This document shows, piece by piece, positions 11,846 through 24,064 of a stretch of DNA of 64,000 bases (the first letter of the stretch is position 1; each line of letters begins with the position of its first letter). Both the position numbers and the translations under genes were made by a program. The notes below the pieces were generated by a model. That model was given only the letters and a program-made list of their open reading frames with translations, made no database searches and was not told the origin of the DNA. The DNA is taken from NCBI GenBank assembly GCA_028534125.1, contig CM052817.1:62684001-62748000 (forward strand). Direction: 5' to 3'. This stretch comes from Lama glama (taxonomy: Eukaryota).

Positions 11846-13499
11846 TTTTCAGATGCCGATTTGCTAGCTGCTTTTCAGCACTTTATCTGTGTAGCCTCCT
11901 CTGACATTTCTTCTCTTAACATTTTTCTTTAAACATTGAACAGAGCATAGCTCAAATTTCATTTTAGAAATGTAGTATGTTTATCTAATGACTGTAAATG
12001 AATATTTTCATGTTTTACCTTTAATGACTATAAAGATGCCAGTGTAGCAGGCAGGTGCAGGAGTGCATTCCTAATGCTACCTCACACTAAATGTGTCCAG
12101 AAACATCCTAGGACCAAAGTGGAATTTGTCATTTGGACCCAAGCGGACTCTAAAGTTTCACAGACTTGAATATGTCTGACTATTCTCTACCATTTGCTAC
12201 TTGATGAGAAGAAAAGAAAAGAAAAAGCAGCCACAACAATGGCCTCTAAGAACAAAGTCAGTTATCTGTCGCCTTTATAGGTCCTCCATGATCCTATATG
12301 AGAGCATTTGGAAAATAAAGCCATGGGGTTCAACACATAGAGTTTATTTGCCCCTGTGCCTCACACATAGACCATGCTGTGGACTACGAAGGCAACAAAT
12401 GATAATTTTAATAGCCTAGAGAAGACATTAAAATCCCTTTATTAGACTCCTTGGAAGAACACACAATAAATTATTGGTAATTTCCTTATTAACTAAAGTT
12501 ATCTGCCTTAACCCGATAGTCATGAGTATTTAATAAGCACCCTCAGCTAGGCACTGTGCTAGTCCCTGGGTATCTAATAGCAAAGGAAACAGATCATGAT
12601 GCTTCCCTCATAGAGTTTATAGTCCATTGTGCAGGAATTGGGGGACAAGCAATAAACACATTGACAAATTTTTTTTTAATCAGTTGTCACCTCCTTCTTT
12701 GGAAGAAATGAATTTCTCATCAAACCCTTTGTTTCCATGGCTGACCAGGGAACCTATGCATTTTTCCTTTGTCACAGGAAGATGTGGCGGTTGTTATGCC
12801 GTTGTACCATGTAATACCAGTAGCTGTGGAATCAGTTAAGCTTAATACATAATAGCTAGTGAAACCATTTTATCTAGTTCTGGTTCCTCAAGCAAATGGA
12901 CTCCATTTAAAATTCTTCCAGGATATGAAAGGGTGTGGATGAACTCAAAATCCTGTCGATATCAGTTCAAGCTTTAATAGTATTTGATCATTAGGGACTT
13001 TTATTTTAGCATAGTTCATCTGTGTTGAAATACATAGGAGAAATAAATGTAGTAGTAGATAGCAGAATAAGATGCTGTAGCAACAGAAATGAGGTTGCAA
13101 CGTTTGCCTAGGAGCAAATGTCAGGGAAGGAGAAGACAATGAATTTCAGGACAAAAGTGTGGGGTTTTTTTTATAATCTCTGAAGAGTTTTGAAGAAAGC
13201 AGAAGTATTCATCATGATTGAAATTTAGGGAGATGTAATTTCAGTATTCTATAGAATGAATGATCTCCTTGAGTACTCGATTTTATCTTTTAAAAAAGCA
13301 GTTAAAAACAACCTAACATTTTCATCCTACTGTGTATTGTTCTATCATTTGCCTCCTCACATTCCATATTAATAGGACCTATGTCTGGGTCAAGCCATGT
13401 GACTTCCACACGATCTCAATCTTATTTATTCTTTAAATCAATATAAATCAGTATAACTATAGACTCAGAATGGACAGAAAGCATCTATTCATGGGTGTA

Positions 13500-13800
13500 T
13501 TTATTAATTTAGTCAACAGCCATTTATTTGCTGACTCCTTAGTGGGTGTCACGCTACTGTTCTACACTTGGCTTGTGGAAGTGAACAGAGTAGGCTGAAA
13601 TCCATGCCTTAGCATATCATGGGGAGGGGAAAATCAATTAACAAGGTAGATATGTAAATTATGCAGTATATTGAAAATGATGATTAGTGCTATTTGGAAA
13701 AATTAAGTAGGGAAGCTGAATATGGAAGTCAGAGTAGCAGCAATGTGGAGTCACCATTTCAAATGGAGAAGGGGGTATTTAGAAAACTCATTGACAAGAT
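13500..13800 (-). mobile_element. L2 3' fragment
   Basis: atttagtcaacagccatttatttgctgactcc...gtgaacagagtaggctgaaatccatgcc matches the reverse complement of the L2 3' end. A similar piece lies at ~12520-12665. Confidence 0.65.
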
Positions 13801-15297
13801 GAAATACTTATCACTAATGGACTAACATGGGGATGTATTTAACCTTCTTAATACATATGCACATATACCTGAATACGGTCACTTAGCACTTTTAAATAAT
13901 TTGATGGAAACCACATACTCTACCCTCCTACCATTAAATGGAATCAGAGAGGCAGACATTTTCTTCTTCCCAAATGACATAATTGCACTCTCAGAAAACG
14001 GAATGTTTCTTAAGCAGCCAAACAAGTTGGATGTGATTCCCAGAGACTATCAATTCTGTAGCAGCTAGGCTAAAACTAAATTTGCAATTGGCATCATCTA
14101 ACTTTACAAGAGCCACAGTAAATAATTCCATCAAGGGTCCCTAAGGACGTAATTTGTATCTTATGAACTTGAAAGGAGGCCGTGCTACTCACAATCATAT
14201 GTTCTAGAGAAGCCAGTTGAGATTTCACCTCTTCCAAAAATGATCTCAGCCAGAGACTTCCCAAGCTGTGCCTTGTCCACCTCCATGGGATGAAATCATG
14301 GTTAACAGATAAATAGCATGCTTGCTCCCTTGTCCGTGGCACATTTTACTAAAAGTCATCACAGTTTTTGTCACAGGATACTGAAACTATCTCAGAATTC
14401 TTCTGAAGCTAGACTTCTGGGCAGCCAGTGCCCGTCTTGCTGAGACGGCTTTTAAGATACAACAGAGAAATGTTTTCAGTTGATAGAGAGTAAAAGCTCT
14501 TTCTAAACATTGGTCCTGCCCTAGGTCCCCTACTGTTTACCTCCATGTGGACAGAGGATAATCCTCCAAGTGGGCAAGAATATAATTCAACTCCTTAATT
14601 TCCATAACAGAATGTAACCTTGCTGCCAGACCATCTGGTATCTTTTCAATCATCAACATAGATACGTGTGTGCCAGGTCCTTGCCCGAGAGCTCAGTCTT
14701 GCAATGACTACTATTTAGCTCCATGCAAAATATGGTTGGGACAAATGGTTCTCATTCATATCGGTCTAAAAACAGGTTACCAATTCATTTATCCAGGTAG
14801 GTTGAAGCTGCAGCACAAGAAAACAATGCACGTGGGCTTACTTCTCCTTAGCGCTGATTTATTGCAGTTGATTCTCTCATCAGCTTTCCAGTTTTACCAA
14901 TATATAGCTGAATGATGGTGCTTTCTGCATTTTTTGCAGACATTAAGGACATTGTTATTTAATATTTTTACATGTGATAAATTATTTCTAAGGTTATAAT
15001 CTAGAAAATATTTTTTTGAAAGCTAATTTTTTTCTTTTAAGATGAAAAGAAGCCATATTATTTCAATTTGCTTCCTACTTGGGCAGCCGTACATTTCAAA
15101 ATGAAATTTTAAGGTGCAGCTAAAAGCTCCTTCCTAGTTTATAATTTAGCTCTCACCTTTCCTGCTGGCTACTTGGTTAATTTGATCCTGACCTTTTAAA
15201 AATATTGTGTGAAGAATATGAATTTCATTCCAGATATCTTCAATATATATAGAACTAAGCACTTATAAGTTAAAAATTAATATATCCATTCAGACTT

Positions 15298-15731
15298 TGT
15301 GGATACAACGGTAATGGATACATAGTACTCCACTTGCATTCTCCTGTCTGGGCTACAGGAGCCATCAGGGAGCAGTTAAGAATACAGACTATGCCAGCTC
15401 ACAGCTCTGTACTCATTGGGGACTGCCCTCAATGTCACGTCAGGACCTCCCCTGGGCTCTGCACCTCCTAGAGGAGAGCTCATGGTCAATCACAGGTTGC
15501 TGCAAGGATGTGAAGCTTCTGGCATTCAGTTCAATTTGGAGCAACTGAAGGGCCATTCTAGCACCAGTGCTCCACGTGCAGTCAGATGAGGCCTCACTTG
15601 CAACTACCCTGTAGCTCAGCTTTTCCCTCTGCTCTATGTTGTCCCTTGAGGCGAATCTCTCAAGAGTACTAGATAAATCTGTACACAACTCCCTATCTCA
15701 GAGTCTGTTTACAGGAAACCCAACGCAAGTC
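15298..15731 (+). mobile_element. LTR16-type (ERVL) solo LTR
   Basis: TG...CA ends, internal gagcaactgaagggccattctagcaccagtgctcc and terminal ctatctcagagtctgtttacaggaaacccaac characteristic of LTR16. Confidence 0.75.
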
Positions 15732-17289
15732 ACCATCTCAATCAGTTTCTTTTGTCTTTTGCTTGATTTTTTTTTTTTAAAGACAGGAAGAGCCATGGTT
15801 TCGTGGACCATGACAAGTCTAAACATAATATTGATGAATTAATTCAGATGGTGAATGTTATTACTTGTTCTAGTTCAGCATATTATTTTACCAAGTAGTA
15901 GAGTGGATCTATAACATGAACTAAATCTACCTACTACACATACTTTCTATCAGTCTTTTCAAAGCAATATTTCAGGATTTGTATAGGAAGTAAGCAGATA
16001 TTCGAAATCACTTTAATCATTTTGTTTGTTTTGCTTAGGCCTTTAAAGCCAAACTATGGGATCTCTAAGACTGGCTGCTGAATGTAGGAAGATGGAGCAT
16101 AGCTACTATAAATTTTTATAAAAGTAAAGAAAGGATGACTTTTTGAACACACATAAAATTCTTCCTTCTGTTAATAAAATGTATATCATAGCATTATATT
16201 AATCTTTGAGGCAGGAAAACTGATTGTAAGTTTAAGAAATTGCATTTCTATTTATATTTTTAGTCCCAAAGCAATGTTTAAAGTGACAGCTTGCCATCAG
16301 TTAATGTTTACAATTGATGAGTAGAATTATATCTCCTAAATGGACTTCATATGTTTTAGTAAAATATAGTGTAGAACAGATTTATTTAAAATGAATAATG
16401 TATCCATAACAACAGATATTATGCTATTCCTCCCTACTTTTTACTTTGAAAAAAAAATTTGAAAGAACATAATTTTGGACCTTTAAAAGTGTTATATATT
16501 TTTTCAATTACAAATACATTAAGATACTTGCTAAGGGTTTATATATCAATTTTTAAAATTCCTTTTACTACCTTGAAAATATTCTTGACATCTATTGACT
16601 ATTGGGCAAAATTTGTAAAATCCTACTTACATTTTTGCAGTCAAGAAACAATCACTGAAGGAAAAAAAAAAAAAGAAACAATCATTGAAATCAATTTAAA
16701 GTGTATTTGTTACCTCAAAAGGTAAATACCCTGGTTCTTACCATACCCAAAAGACAAGTTTACAGTTGGGAGATGGTATGTAGTGTAACAAAAAATTTTA
16801 AAAGATTTATTTAAAGAAAGGAAAAGTACACTTTCAAGAACAGGAAGTGGGTTGATCCAAGGGAGGAAAAAGTTGCCGTTTTTGTCTCCCCTTTCTCTTA
16901 TACCCTCGCTTAGAGGTGGTCTCTTAATTGATTGATGGCTCTTGTCCCTGGAATGCTTAGTCATGCTGGCCCCTTTTACGCATGTCCTTACCCATGGTGT
17001 ACATAGAAAAGCCCCTGGTGCGGAGGGCGAAACCACAATATTAATTATAATACAACGAGCACTGGGTTGTGTCTGGTTAAGTCCTTTCTGCTACCTCGCA
17101 GTTGTGGCTGTCGGGTTTTAACCGGTTTTCTGCTGGCACTCATTTAGAAGTAAAGTCCTTTTATGCTGCAGGCGGGCATAACATCATCCCCCTTCTCCTC
17201 CACCTATCTGCCCGGTGCCTCCGCTCATCCAACTACCTAACACCTTCAGGTTTTTTCAAACAATTACGTAAAAGATACAGAATTGAAGC

Positions 17290-18960
17290 TTTTGTTTGTA
17301 GACTTTCCTATTTCCAATCTCCTTTCCAAGTGTTAATCACCATTCTAAAGATGGTGTCTATCTTTCTTGTTCATGTTTCATATACATGTGTCTACAAATG
17401 AGACATAGTATTGTTTTGCTTATTTTTAAATTTTACACAAGTGCTTTCATATTGGAGGTATGATTTTGCAACCTGCTTTTAGTCTTTTAGTATTCTGCTT
17501 TTGGATTTATTCCTTTTACGTTATGCAATACCCAGGACATTTATTTTAACACCCATTGTGTTCCATTGTATAAATATGGCATCACTTATTTAACAGTTCT
17601 CCTAGGATAATTTAGATTCTTTCTTGTTATTATTGGTTTGAATGTATGTGTGTTTAACAAATAATACCTTAGATCATCCTGTATACAGTATAAATGTTTA
17701 GCATATACCTAAAAATGCAATAGTGAAAGATGATGCCAATTTGTTAGAGAATACAAAATTAAAAACCAGGTTATTTTATGTGTTTATATACCCAAATTAA
17801 GTGAATAAAATTATGGTTTCTTAACACTTTTTTTCTTTCAGGATCTCAAACCTATATTTCATAGTCTTCTATTTCTTATTTTTCAAGAATTTTTATTCAT
17901 CTTTTATGAATTTAGCTTTCAATTATTATCACTATTATCTTTCTCTGCATTCGTTCACTTTGCTTTTTATTTGGTTACTTCCATGAAGTGACTCATCCTA
18001 ATAGGGAAGTGTTCTTTGTCCCCCTCTTACCTCCCTCCCTCTGCCATCTTCTTCCATCCTCTGGTCTCCCTGGCCCTTCCCCTTATTCCCTCTAGTCTGT
18101 CATTCTCTCTAGATTCAGCCCTTTTGTCAGTTCTGCAGTTACTTCCATTTCTACCTTTCAGGATTGCCAGTCAAGAACCAGATTTTATATTTCTACTCAG
18201 ATATGATATCAGAGAATTCAGTCACCTAGTAAAAGAATTGGCTCAATTCTCTCAACTTTGTCCTTTTTGCCATCCTGCAACCCCAGTCAGCTGTTGTAAG
18301 ATGTTGTTTCTCTTTCCTCTTCCTGACTCCTTTTATAAGGGGGAGAACCCCACTCAGATCCTGGTTTCAAACACTAAGCCCTGCTTTAGTCACCCTACCC
18401 TGCATGGGGTCCTGGTCCCTTTACCTCAGTGTGAACTAGGACCCAGTAAGCTTCAGGCCTGCTCGCTATTCAACACTGACGTTTTGGTATGTGGAAATAT
18501 TTCTCTTCTTTTGAGTTCAGTTATATCTTTTTAAGTTTGTATATCCACAATTTACCTCTAATTGCTAACTCTTGGAATGGAAAGAAAGGAAGAGGAAAAT
18601 CGTACGTTTACAATACTGTCTTGAATTCATTTTATTTTGATACCTGCCTTTCAGTTTATACGTCATAAATACACACGTATTCAAAACACCTACAATTATA
18701 TTATTCTTTTGGTGACTCTGTAACAGACTTTCATATGGATGTGCCATATTCTATTGAACTAATTCACTGGAGATCAATATTTATTTATATGTTTGTGTTA
18801 CTATAAAAACACTCCAGTGAAGATCTTTCAATATATATCTTTGATGCATTTGCTCAATTCTTCTCTTAAGATAAATTTCTAGAGGTAGAATTTATAGGTT
18901 AAAGATACATATCTTGAGATTGGAAAATTAAATGCAGAAAAAGTTTTCAAAAACATTATT
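17290..18960 (-). mobile_element. Ancient L1 (L1ME/HAL1-like) fragments, antisense
   Basis: tttgcaacctgctttt, ttccattgtataaatatggcatcacttatttaacagttctcc and taagataaatttctagaggtagaatttataggttaaaga are typical L1ME antisense phrases. Confidence 0.6.
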
Positions 18961-19124
18961 TTATCTTTAAAACTAGAAAATAAGATTTAGATAAATTCAA
19001 TCATACAACTAAATTATTATTTAGAATTCAATCTCAGGGTTGATTAAATTGATATCACAATTAACAACAAGTTGCAAGTGTTTATTCAGTAGTGTATTAT
19101 ATATTATAGATAGTATAAGAAAAT

Positions 19125-20225
19125 AGTTGTGAAACTTTTTGTTTTTGCAGGACTTCTTTACATTCTTAAAAATGATTGAGGACACAAAAGTGCTGCTTTA
19201 AATGTGGACAATATCTGTCAATATTTATCATATTAAAAATGAAAACTGAGAGCCTTTAAATTATTTATATAATAATTCATTTAAAATAACATTAATGATA
19301 TCATTTCATATTAACATAAATAACATTTTTTAAAAAGTGAAATACTCTTTTATTTAAAAAAATCATTAAGAGTGGTTTTGCTTTACAATTATCCAACCCT
19401 TTTTAATGTTTAACTTAACAGAAGACATCTGGATTCTCATAGCTGATTCTTCATTCAGTGTGTTGTGAAGCATTTCTTTGGTTGAAACACATAAAGATAT
19501 CCAGCCTTCCACACTATATATGAGAAAGGAAAAGCTTTCTCAGGTCAGTCATGGATAGTCTTTATTATTACACCAAACTCAACATGTAGTAGTTTCTTAA
19601 ATATAAGTGCAATTTGAAATCTGATATCATCTAAAAGAAATAATTTATCATACTCCATTTTTTAAACATCTATTATTTTATCTTCAGTTCAAACAGATTT
19701 TGGAATATCAGGCATTGGTTGTTTGGGGAAGATAGATTCACTGGGTTATGTGCATCTTTCAAATGTTGACAGATACCATTGTTTAAAAACAACAAAAACA
19801 TCATATCTGTTACTATCACACCAATCTCATCAGAAAAATCTTTAGAACTGGAAAGCTGTCAAACTCACGGTGGTGAATACAAATATTCCAAAATTATAAT
19901 TTTTATTTCTAATTTCAGATTTTATCACTGGAGAAAAAGTACTGTCCAGCATTTTTCTTAAAGTGACAAGCTCATTTTCAAGATATGCCTGTTAAGTATC
20001 CATGTCTGAATAGCCATGGTTCATTAGACACTTTCAAATAAAAATTATAATCCATGAAAAGGTGGTCAGGCTAGTTTGCAACTCAAGTAATTGACATATG
20101 ATGGTATGACAACCATCATATGTCAGTATGCAGAAGTGCTTTATGTTTACTTCCCTTTCATCATACAGCATATTAAAAAGATACTATTCAATTGGCTGAG
20201 ATATACAAAGTATATTAAAGGCAGT
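19125..20225. mobile_element. Charlie1-type hAT DNA transposon, left part
   Basis: caggacttctttacattcttaaaaatgattgaggacacaaaag matches the recalled Charlie1 terminus (CAGGACCCCTTTACACTCTTAAAAATTATTGAGGACCCCAAAG). Continues through tcagaaaaatctttag...ggaaagctgtcaaactcacggtgg...gcagaagtgctttatg. Confidence 0.85.
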
Positions 20226-20229
20226 AAGA

Positions 20230-21480
20230 AGATTTTCCTCTTCTTGGGAAGAACAGCTGGAAAGTTGTGGCTGTGATCTAGACAGAAGTCAATGATAGCT
20301 TAGAGCAGAAGAAAACAGCTTTGAAAGCTATTCAAGAGTTGATATTGTCAGAATCTGGGTGATTGGATGGCGGAGTGTGGGAGAAGGTCATGTCCCATGA
20401 GAGGATGATTCTCTCATTTCTGGCTTTGACAGTTGGGTGGATGGCAGTATTGCTGAGATCAGAAATGCAGGAGGAGAAGCAGGTTTGGGAGGAGCGGAGG
20501 CAGGGGAAAGCTGATGAGTTTCTAGGAGGGAAAAAAACTTTTCCTTCACTCTCTTAGGTTCCATGATTGGGTCTAAAAATTCAACTGACAAAGTCAGAGT
20601 AACAGAAGATTACAGAGTAACAGATTATGAGACATGGGAGTCTTCATAAGGATATGCAGACACAGAGAAACTGTCAGACTTTTGTACTTTTATAATGGTT
20701 TGACGAAGAGTGGACAGCTATGGATAAGCATGATAGGTCAAGAAATAAAGGTATTTATAGTAAACTGGGGGGAATTTAGCAAGGCCTATTTATTAGAATT
20801 CTTCTTGATGTTCTTTTGTTTTCAGAGACAAGAATACTCTTTTCCTCCAGATACAGCAAGGGCACCTATGAGGTTTTATGGTCTGTTTCAAGGAAGAAGA
20901 GCAAAGCAGGGGGTAAGTAGGAGTGGGGGAGGAGGTCAGAGTTTCCTTCCTGCTTCTGCTGTTTTCTTAAACTCCTTCAGCTTAAAATATTCAATATGCT
21001 AAGGTGCCATATTTTGGAGTAGTCTGTCCTGAACATCAAGTTCATTTTCTAGTAAGATGAATTTTATGTGCTTAAAGGAGATCTTTGGGAGATAGGGTAT
21101 TGACTTTAATAAGGACCACAAGGCAGCGATCAGGCCTGTATCTGCAGATCTGGTAAATGCAAGTCCTGAGCATGAAAGTGATCAGTCAGACAAAGGTATG
21201 GATTAGGAGGAGCAAAGGGACTGGAGAAAATGCAAGGGACATGGCATTTAAGCACGGAAGAAGAGCCTGTGGAGGAGACTGAAGAGGAGGTGTCAGATGG
21301 ATGGAGTTGTCAGTGTTGTCCAATGTTCCTGCAGTCAGGAAAGGACTGGACAGGGATCACCCATCTTATCAGCAGGGAAGACAAGAGTAACTTTGGCCAT
21401 AATAAGTTCCAAGCTGGGTAGAAGCGAGATGAGGAATAAGAAATTGTAGAGGAGAGACTTCAAATCATCCAAGAAAACGG
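20230..21480 (-). mobile_element. L2 LINE fragment split by an ERV1-type LTR
   Basis: Purine-rich L2 antisense phrases (gggtgattggatgg, gttgggtggatggcagt, gaggagaagcaggtttggg). The L2 motif gatgagtt/cattt rejoins across the LTR. Confidence 0.75.
20521..21038 (-). mobile_element. ERV1-type solo LTR (MER34/MER39-like group) with 4-bp TSD
   Basis: Ends ...cagcttaaaatattcaatatgctaaggtgccatattttggagtagtctgtcctgaacatca. Flanked by agtt at 20517-20520 and 21039-21042. Confidence 0.75.
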
Positions 21481-22719
21481 TGGCCATGTCCTTAAAGGGC
21501 CATTGTATCTACTACTGCAACTTGATGAAGACCATGCAGTGTGAGTCATCTATGGCATGTACAGTGCATGTCGAGTAACTGGAAAGCAGGTACCCGAAGG
21601 ACAACTGGCCGAGTTTCTGACTATGGGCTTTTTATTTCAGGTAAAGACCCCTGGGAAGACAACTGATCAGAAGTGGGCGGAACAATGAATTACCACATGT
21701 TGTAAATGGGAATACTTTGGAATTTAGAAAGATACGGAGGTCTCAGAAATCCAGATGCTGGGTAGATTTGTGAAAACAGTGATGAGAGGCAGCTTCCATG
21801 ACCACTGTTTACCATTTCAGTAGAATAGAAATAATAAACTAGGAAGAATACTCTTAGTCCAAGAACCATTGAATAAAAGAAAGAGGAAGGGGTAGTAGAC
21901 TCAAAACTCCAGGACACTGCTATGAGATGAGAGGAAAATGGAGACACTGAAGGCCAAGCTTCACACAGATGATGACCTAAACTGGGTGGATCACCACCAA
22001 GTGTTCAGAGAAGAGTGAAATAGTAATGACAACCAAACATTACAGCTGCAATTGCTTTACGTTCAGCCTCTGGGATGACATCCCGAACAGCTCCCACACT
22101 GTCTCCTTCAAGAAAGCTTGTGAGTTTGGTGGATTTAACCCCAGATAGAATTTGGACCTCATGTGGGCATAAACACAAATTTGGATTCTCTGAGCAAATA
22201 ACCTATAATTTTTCTTTATTCTCTTCTCTCTTGCCTTTTCTATCTTTTTTTTTTCTTTTCCCCTATTTATTGTTGAACTACCTACTCCAAATTTCGATTA
22301 ATTTTGAGAATCTTAGCTTGTGCTCGTTTAAGCATATGATCAAATTTGCAGACCTTGGGGAAAGCTAGTTGCTAAAAAATTTGATGTTGGAATGACCGTA
22401 AACATTTTCTGCTCCTAGTTCAGGTAGTATATGACACCACAGTCTTTAGAATCCCTCCAAGCTATCACCTGTTGTATCCTAAGACACCTCTAGAGTCAAG
22501 AAACTCACTTCCTCTATCTTCTGAAAGCAATGCCTGTTAGAATATTTTTTCATCATACTGTAATAAATTTTGACTTTTTAAGTTTTGTTAAGACCTTCGT
22601 ACTAGAACAATAGAGTATGAATGAGAGAGCTTCACATTCTTTACTATAATCTTATAAATTCTTTGTTTCATTGAAAGTGTAGTGAATATGTTAAATACTT
22701 TGTCCACTCAAAAAAAAAG

Positions 22720-23107
22720 AATAAAACAGTACTCAAGATAGCAGATTTAAAATAATTAGTAAATTAATAAAATTAATACATTTTACTGCTTCAACATCCT
22801 TAAGTAAAAATGGATTTTTTTTTACCCCTGTGTGTACGGCAGTGGAGAATATAATGGCTTAGACTAAGTAGATTGTACCATTGCCTTGATTCAAGCTAAA
22901 GAAGTAACAATTTCACTCACCATCACCCTTTACCGTCACTGCAAAGATCAACACAGTGAAAAAGTCAAATAACATCTTGGCATTAATATGAAAATAGCTT
23001 TACAGACACTTGAAATTGTCTCAGGAATCCCCAAGAATCTGTGAACCACACTCAGGAATCCCCAAGAATCTGTGAACCACACTCAGGAATCCCCAAGAAT
23101 CTGTGAA
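22720..23107. mobile_element. Charlie1-type hAT DNA transposon, right part
   Basis: ttttactgcttc...ccattgccttgattcaagctaa...caaagatcaacacagtgaaaaagtcaaataacatcttggcattaatatgaaaatagcttt matches the recalled Charlie1 other end. Confidence 0.85.
23020..23107. repeat. Perfect 31-bp tandem repeat, 2.8 copies
   Basis: ctcaggaatccccaagaatctgtgaaccaca at 23020-23050, 23051-23081 and a partial copy at 23082-23107, with no mismatches. Confidence 0.97.
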
Positions 23108-24064
23108 AACAATACCTGTATGAAAAGGGACAATTTTAAATGAAATAACTAGGGAAAACAATAGCTTTTATATTTCAGATATTTCAAATGCAACTTGTTG
23201 CATCCTACCGTTCTTCTTAAAGACCAATTTACATTCACTCCTCTAGATAAATGTTTTTCTTATACACTGAAAGTGTAATGATTCTTCAGAAATGCTCTAC
23301 AACATTCAATATTAGATCACTAATAAATGCCTGTCACTTTTGATGCAAGCTCACATTTAGTTCAACTACATATGTGCACACTCCTTTGTCTACCTTGACT
23401 GAAGATGTAGACTCTGTTTGGAATAAGGATAGCCTGCACCTAAACTAATAGGAAACATAATTTTGCCTTCATGTATGACTACTTAGTTATTTGGTTTTTT
23501 TTGAAAGTTGCACTCAGCTGACACTCAATATATAGCACCAATTATTTAGGAATTGTTGAGTCAGACTTCCCCAGTGTTTGCATAATAATTAAGTAACTTC
23601 TGAAAATGGTGTTTATGTTTTGAGTTGAAATTTTAGTATAGGTTCCAAAGATGTCTAAAATAGGATTGGCTACTTGGAGAATCTGACTCAGTTATTATGT
23701 AACAGGTGGAAGGGAGTTATGAGCAATATCATGTTGTGAGCATGGAGCACTGGTGTCATAAAGAAGCAATAATGAAGCTGTAATAGACAGGTAATTCACC
23801 TATCTTGAAATGAAATAAACAGTCAAAATTAGATGCTTTAGATTTTTCACCATTCCCCACAAAATCCCCCCAAATTCACACATAGCAGAAAATATCCACA
23901 GAATTCACAAACATTCCCCCCACGCCCCCAGGCCTTCCTCCTTGTCTTTTCCTATTGTTTCCAGTAAGCTTCACCTCTCTTCTATTTCAGCAACTGTGGC
24001 AGTTAGGCTACTTTGGTTGTAAACACCAGAAATTCATCCTGTTTTATTTTAACTTAAAAAATTA

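Noticed and set aside
14094..14342. Possible minus-strand coding exon (donor-like ctcac at ~14188)
   Set aside because: Translation is unrecognisable and I found no convincing acceptor or partner exons.
18016..18534. 172-aa ORF
   Set aside because: TTG start, Leu/Ser/Pro/Phe-rich translation of pyrimidine-rich old L1/HAL1 antisense sequence; no domain recognised.
20634..21002. 122-aa ATG ORF
   Set aside because: Lies entirely within an ERV1-type LTR.
23020..23107. CRISPR-like 31-bp repeats
   Set aside because: Head-to-tail with no spacers, no cas genes, and a mammalian transposon context.
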